From positions 14,839 to 78,838 of the forward strand of contig PAAR01000004.1 of NCBI GenBank assembly GCA_002699085.1: a stretch of 64,000 nucleotides of DNA. The letters are read 5' to 3'. This document shows positions 62,216 through 64,000 of the stretch, piece by piece. How positions within the stretch are numbered: the first letter of the stretch is position 1; each line of letters starts with the position of its first letter. This stretch comes from Micavibrio sp. Lineage in GTDB: Bacteria; Pseudomonadota; Alphaproteobacteria; Micavibrionales; UBA9664. The notes beneath the pieces were generated by a model that was given only the letters and a program-made list of their open reading frames with translations, searched no databases and was not told where the DNA came from. Position numbers and translations under genes: made by a program.

Positions 62216-64000
62216 CTAATTCACGCCACTTTCTTGAATAATGAGCGCAATGAACTTTTTTATGTAATAAATCAATGGAATAGAGCGTTTTCCATGTATC
62301 TTCAAATGCCCTCGATAAATGAGCGGCATATCATTGCTCGGTGTTGTTTCTGTCAGGGTTATTTTATAAAAACTTTTGGTCGATTTACTTTGTTGGTTTT
62401 GTGAAATACTGGTGACAGGGCCGCCGTAAGTCGTTGATAATTCTGGCCATTCTATATCAGTATTATTTATCTGTTCTATACTAGTAACTGTTAATGGATG
62501 GGCCTCTGAAAGGCTATAAGCAGGCGTAAAAGTTGCTTTGTCGCCTCGTTCAATACGGGCTAAATTCGTTTCTTCAACATAGGCAATGTAATTGTTTTGT
62601 GTTTCTTTTTGGACAAGGCGGAAGAGAAGCTCAGTGTCACTAATGTTTCTATCTGCATGGATGTCAGGCATTAAATCATAAATTTTCCCATCAAAAGGTG
62701 CTGTAATAATCAGTTGCTCTCGTTTCTTTTTTAATGAAGCGAGCTCTTGTGTCGCTTCAGCAATATTTTCATCAATGAGACTGCGTCGTTCACGGTAAAG
62801 TTGAGGGTTTGTTTGTTCGCGTCTTTTTGTGTCGAGAAGCGTTTTAAGACGTTCTTGGCTTAGCTTAATATTTTTTTCTAAAAGTGGCGAAGAAAGAGTA
62901 GCTAATGTTTGGCTTTGTGAAACCTCATCATCATTTTCGACAAGTATTTTTTCAATATAGGCTGGACTTGGCGCATATATATTTTGGTAAGAGGCAGGGG
63001 TAACAATCGCTACGGTGTTAATCGTACCGCCTGTCGGAAAAACAATAAATAACAAGAGGATTACAATAAAAGTACCGCGAATAAAGCGATCTTTATCTGA
63101 TTTTATGCTTTCAAACTTACCGGTTAAATATTTGATTTCTTTTAATATTGGTAGGATTATAAACCAAGATATCTCAACAAGAAATAAGATAAGTCCAAGC
63201 GGTTTGAAAAAGACATGATAGACCAGAACGGCGATCCCTAGATAAAGAAGGAAACGATAGATTATAACACCTAAGCCGAACAATGTGAGGAAACGCTGAC
63301 GTTGAGGTAATACATCTTCTGGACGTTCTTCTTTAAGTCCAAAAATATGCCAACGGAGCCAATGTTTGGCAAAGGCAATAGCTTTTTGATGAAGATTCTC
63401 AATCCCCAGATAATCGCTTAACACATAATAGCCATCATAGCGCATGAAAGGATTTAGGTTGACGAAAATAGAGCCAACTAAAGAGATGGCAACTACACTA
63501 AATGCGAGGCTTTGGCCGAGTGCAGAGGGGGTTAAATGCCAATAAATTAGAAAGATAGCGGCTAAAACAAACTCCGTCATAACACCCGCTAAGCCCATCA
63601 TCATGCGTGCTTTTGATGAAGGAATACGCCAACTTCCAGACATTTCGGTATATAAAACAGGGTACATGACCATAAAAGCAACACCCATATGTGGCACAGG
63701 AATACCATAGTGTTTGGCCATGAAAGCATGGCCAAATTCATGGAAAATTTTAATAATGAAAAAGGCTGTGGCAACGAGCATTAGCCCCTCTGCCGTGAAA
63801 ATTTGTGTGAACGTATGAAAGAATTCATCGCTTCGTGGTAGGGTTAAAAAGAACCCAAACGCCAGTAAGGCTAGGCAAGATAGAAAAAAGGTCTTTGTAA
63901 ACACACCTTTGATATAAGGATATGCCGCATCAAGAAATTTTTGTGGCCTGATGATTGGAATCGTAAAAAATAAATAGCCATGTAATGCCTGCTTCCATAA
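62216..64000 (-). CDS. fusion of an M50 (site-2-protease-like) membrane metalloprotease domain with a HlyD-type membrane-fusion/adaptor domain; 5' end beyond the right edge
   Basis: HEFGH (63728-63742) and NLNPFMRYDGYY (the second S2P motif) lie within multiple TM helices. The C-terminal half has the HlyD layout (IYAPSPAYIEKILV..., a long coiled coil, IITAPFDGKIYDL). The track start at 63904 is a GTG, and my translation shows the frame stays open to 64000 (…LWKQALHGYLFFTIPIIRPQKFLDAAYPYIKG-). Confidence 0.65.
   Translation of the reverse strand, partial: LWKQALHGYLFFTIPIIRPQKFLDAAYPYIKGVFTKTFFLSCLALLAFGFFLTLPRSDEFFHTFTQIFTAEGLMLVATAFFIIKIFHEFGHAFMAKHYGIPVPHMGVAFMVMYPVLYTEMSGSWRIPSSKARMMMGLAGVMTEFVLAAIFLIYWHLTPSALGQSLAFSVVAISLVGSIFVNLNPFMRYDGYYVLSDYLGIENLHQKAIAFAKHWLRWHIFGLKEERPEDVLPQRQRFLTLFGLGVIIYRFLLYLGIAVLVYHVFFKPLGLILFLVEISWFIILPILKEIKYLTGKFESIKSDKDRFIRGTFIVILLLFIVFPTGGTINTVAIVTPASYQNIYAPSPAYIEKILVENDDEVSQSQTLATLSSPLLEKNIKLSQERLKTLLDTKRREQTNPQLYRERRSLIDENIAEATQELASLKKKREQLIITAPFDGKIYDLMPDIHADRNISDTELLFRLVQKETQNNYIAYVEETNLARIERGDKATFTPAYSLSEAHPLTVTSIEQINNTDIEWPELSTTYGGPVTSISQNQQSKSTKSFYKITLTETTPSNDMPLIYRGHLKIHGKRSIPLIYYIKKFIALIIQESGVN

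Overview
This is a 64-kb chromosomal segment whose gene content and local syntenies look alphaproteobacterial: ileS-lspA-DUF3035 lipoprotein-two M16 peptidases-pgi; pal-cpoB-tilS-ftsH; an OxyR-like regulator divergent from ahpC-ahpD; lpoA-like/rsmI-yraN-BON. It is moderately AT-rich by eye. I count about 50 protein genes. Two are cut by the window edges and so are missing from the ORF track: mutL on the left and an M50-peptidase/HlyD-type fusion on the right. There are several intrinsic terminators. I recognise no rRNA, tRNA, CRISPR array, transposase or integrase. Roughly 0-30 kb and 33.7-36.8 kb are ordinary housekeeping backbone. The non-backbone content falls in three places. (i) 30.3-33.7 kb: a three-gene block of secreted, lipoprotein and membrane proteins wedged between ftsH and glmM. 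(ii) 36.9-50.4 kb: a tail-anchored kinase-fold protein with degenerate catalytic motifs coupled to a small polytopic membrane protein, an AMIN-like lipoprotein, a chaperone-usher-type fimbrial locus built on DUF4402-like subunits, and a 1,546-aa single ORF fusing an RNase J-like metallo-beta-lactamase/beta-CASP nuclease to an Exonuclease I-like DEDDh module. (iii) 54.4-64 kb: a 2,589-aa mosaic adhesin (CSPG/cadherin-like modules, classical cadherin repeats, LamG-like, C-type-lectin-like and CBM-like inserts) directly downstream of the M50/HlyD fusion. My best candidate for something undescribed is the nuclease fusion, followed by the pseudokinase module and the DUF4402-type fimbrial locus. All calls rest on motif and architecture recognition by eye. 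No database search was possible, so family names for the non-housekeeping genes are hypotheses.
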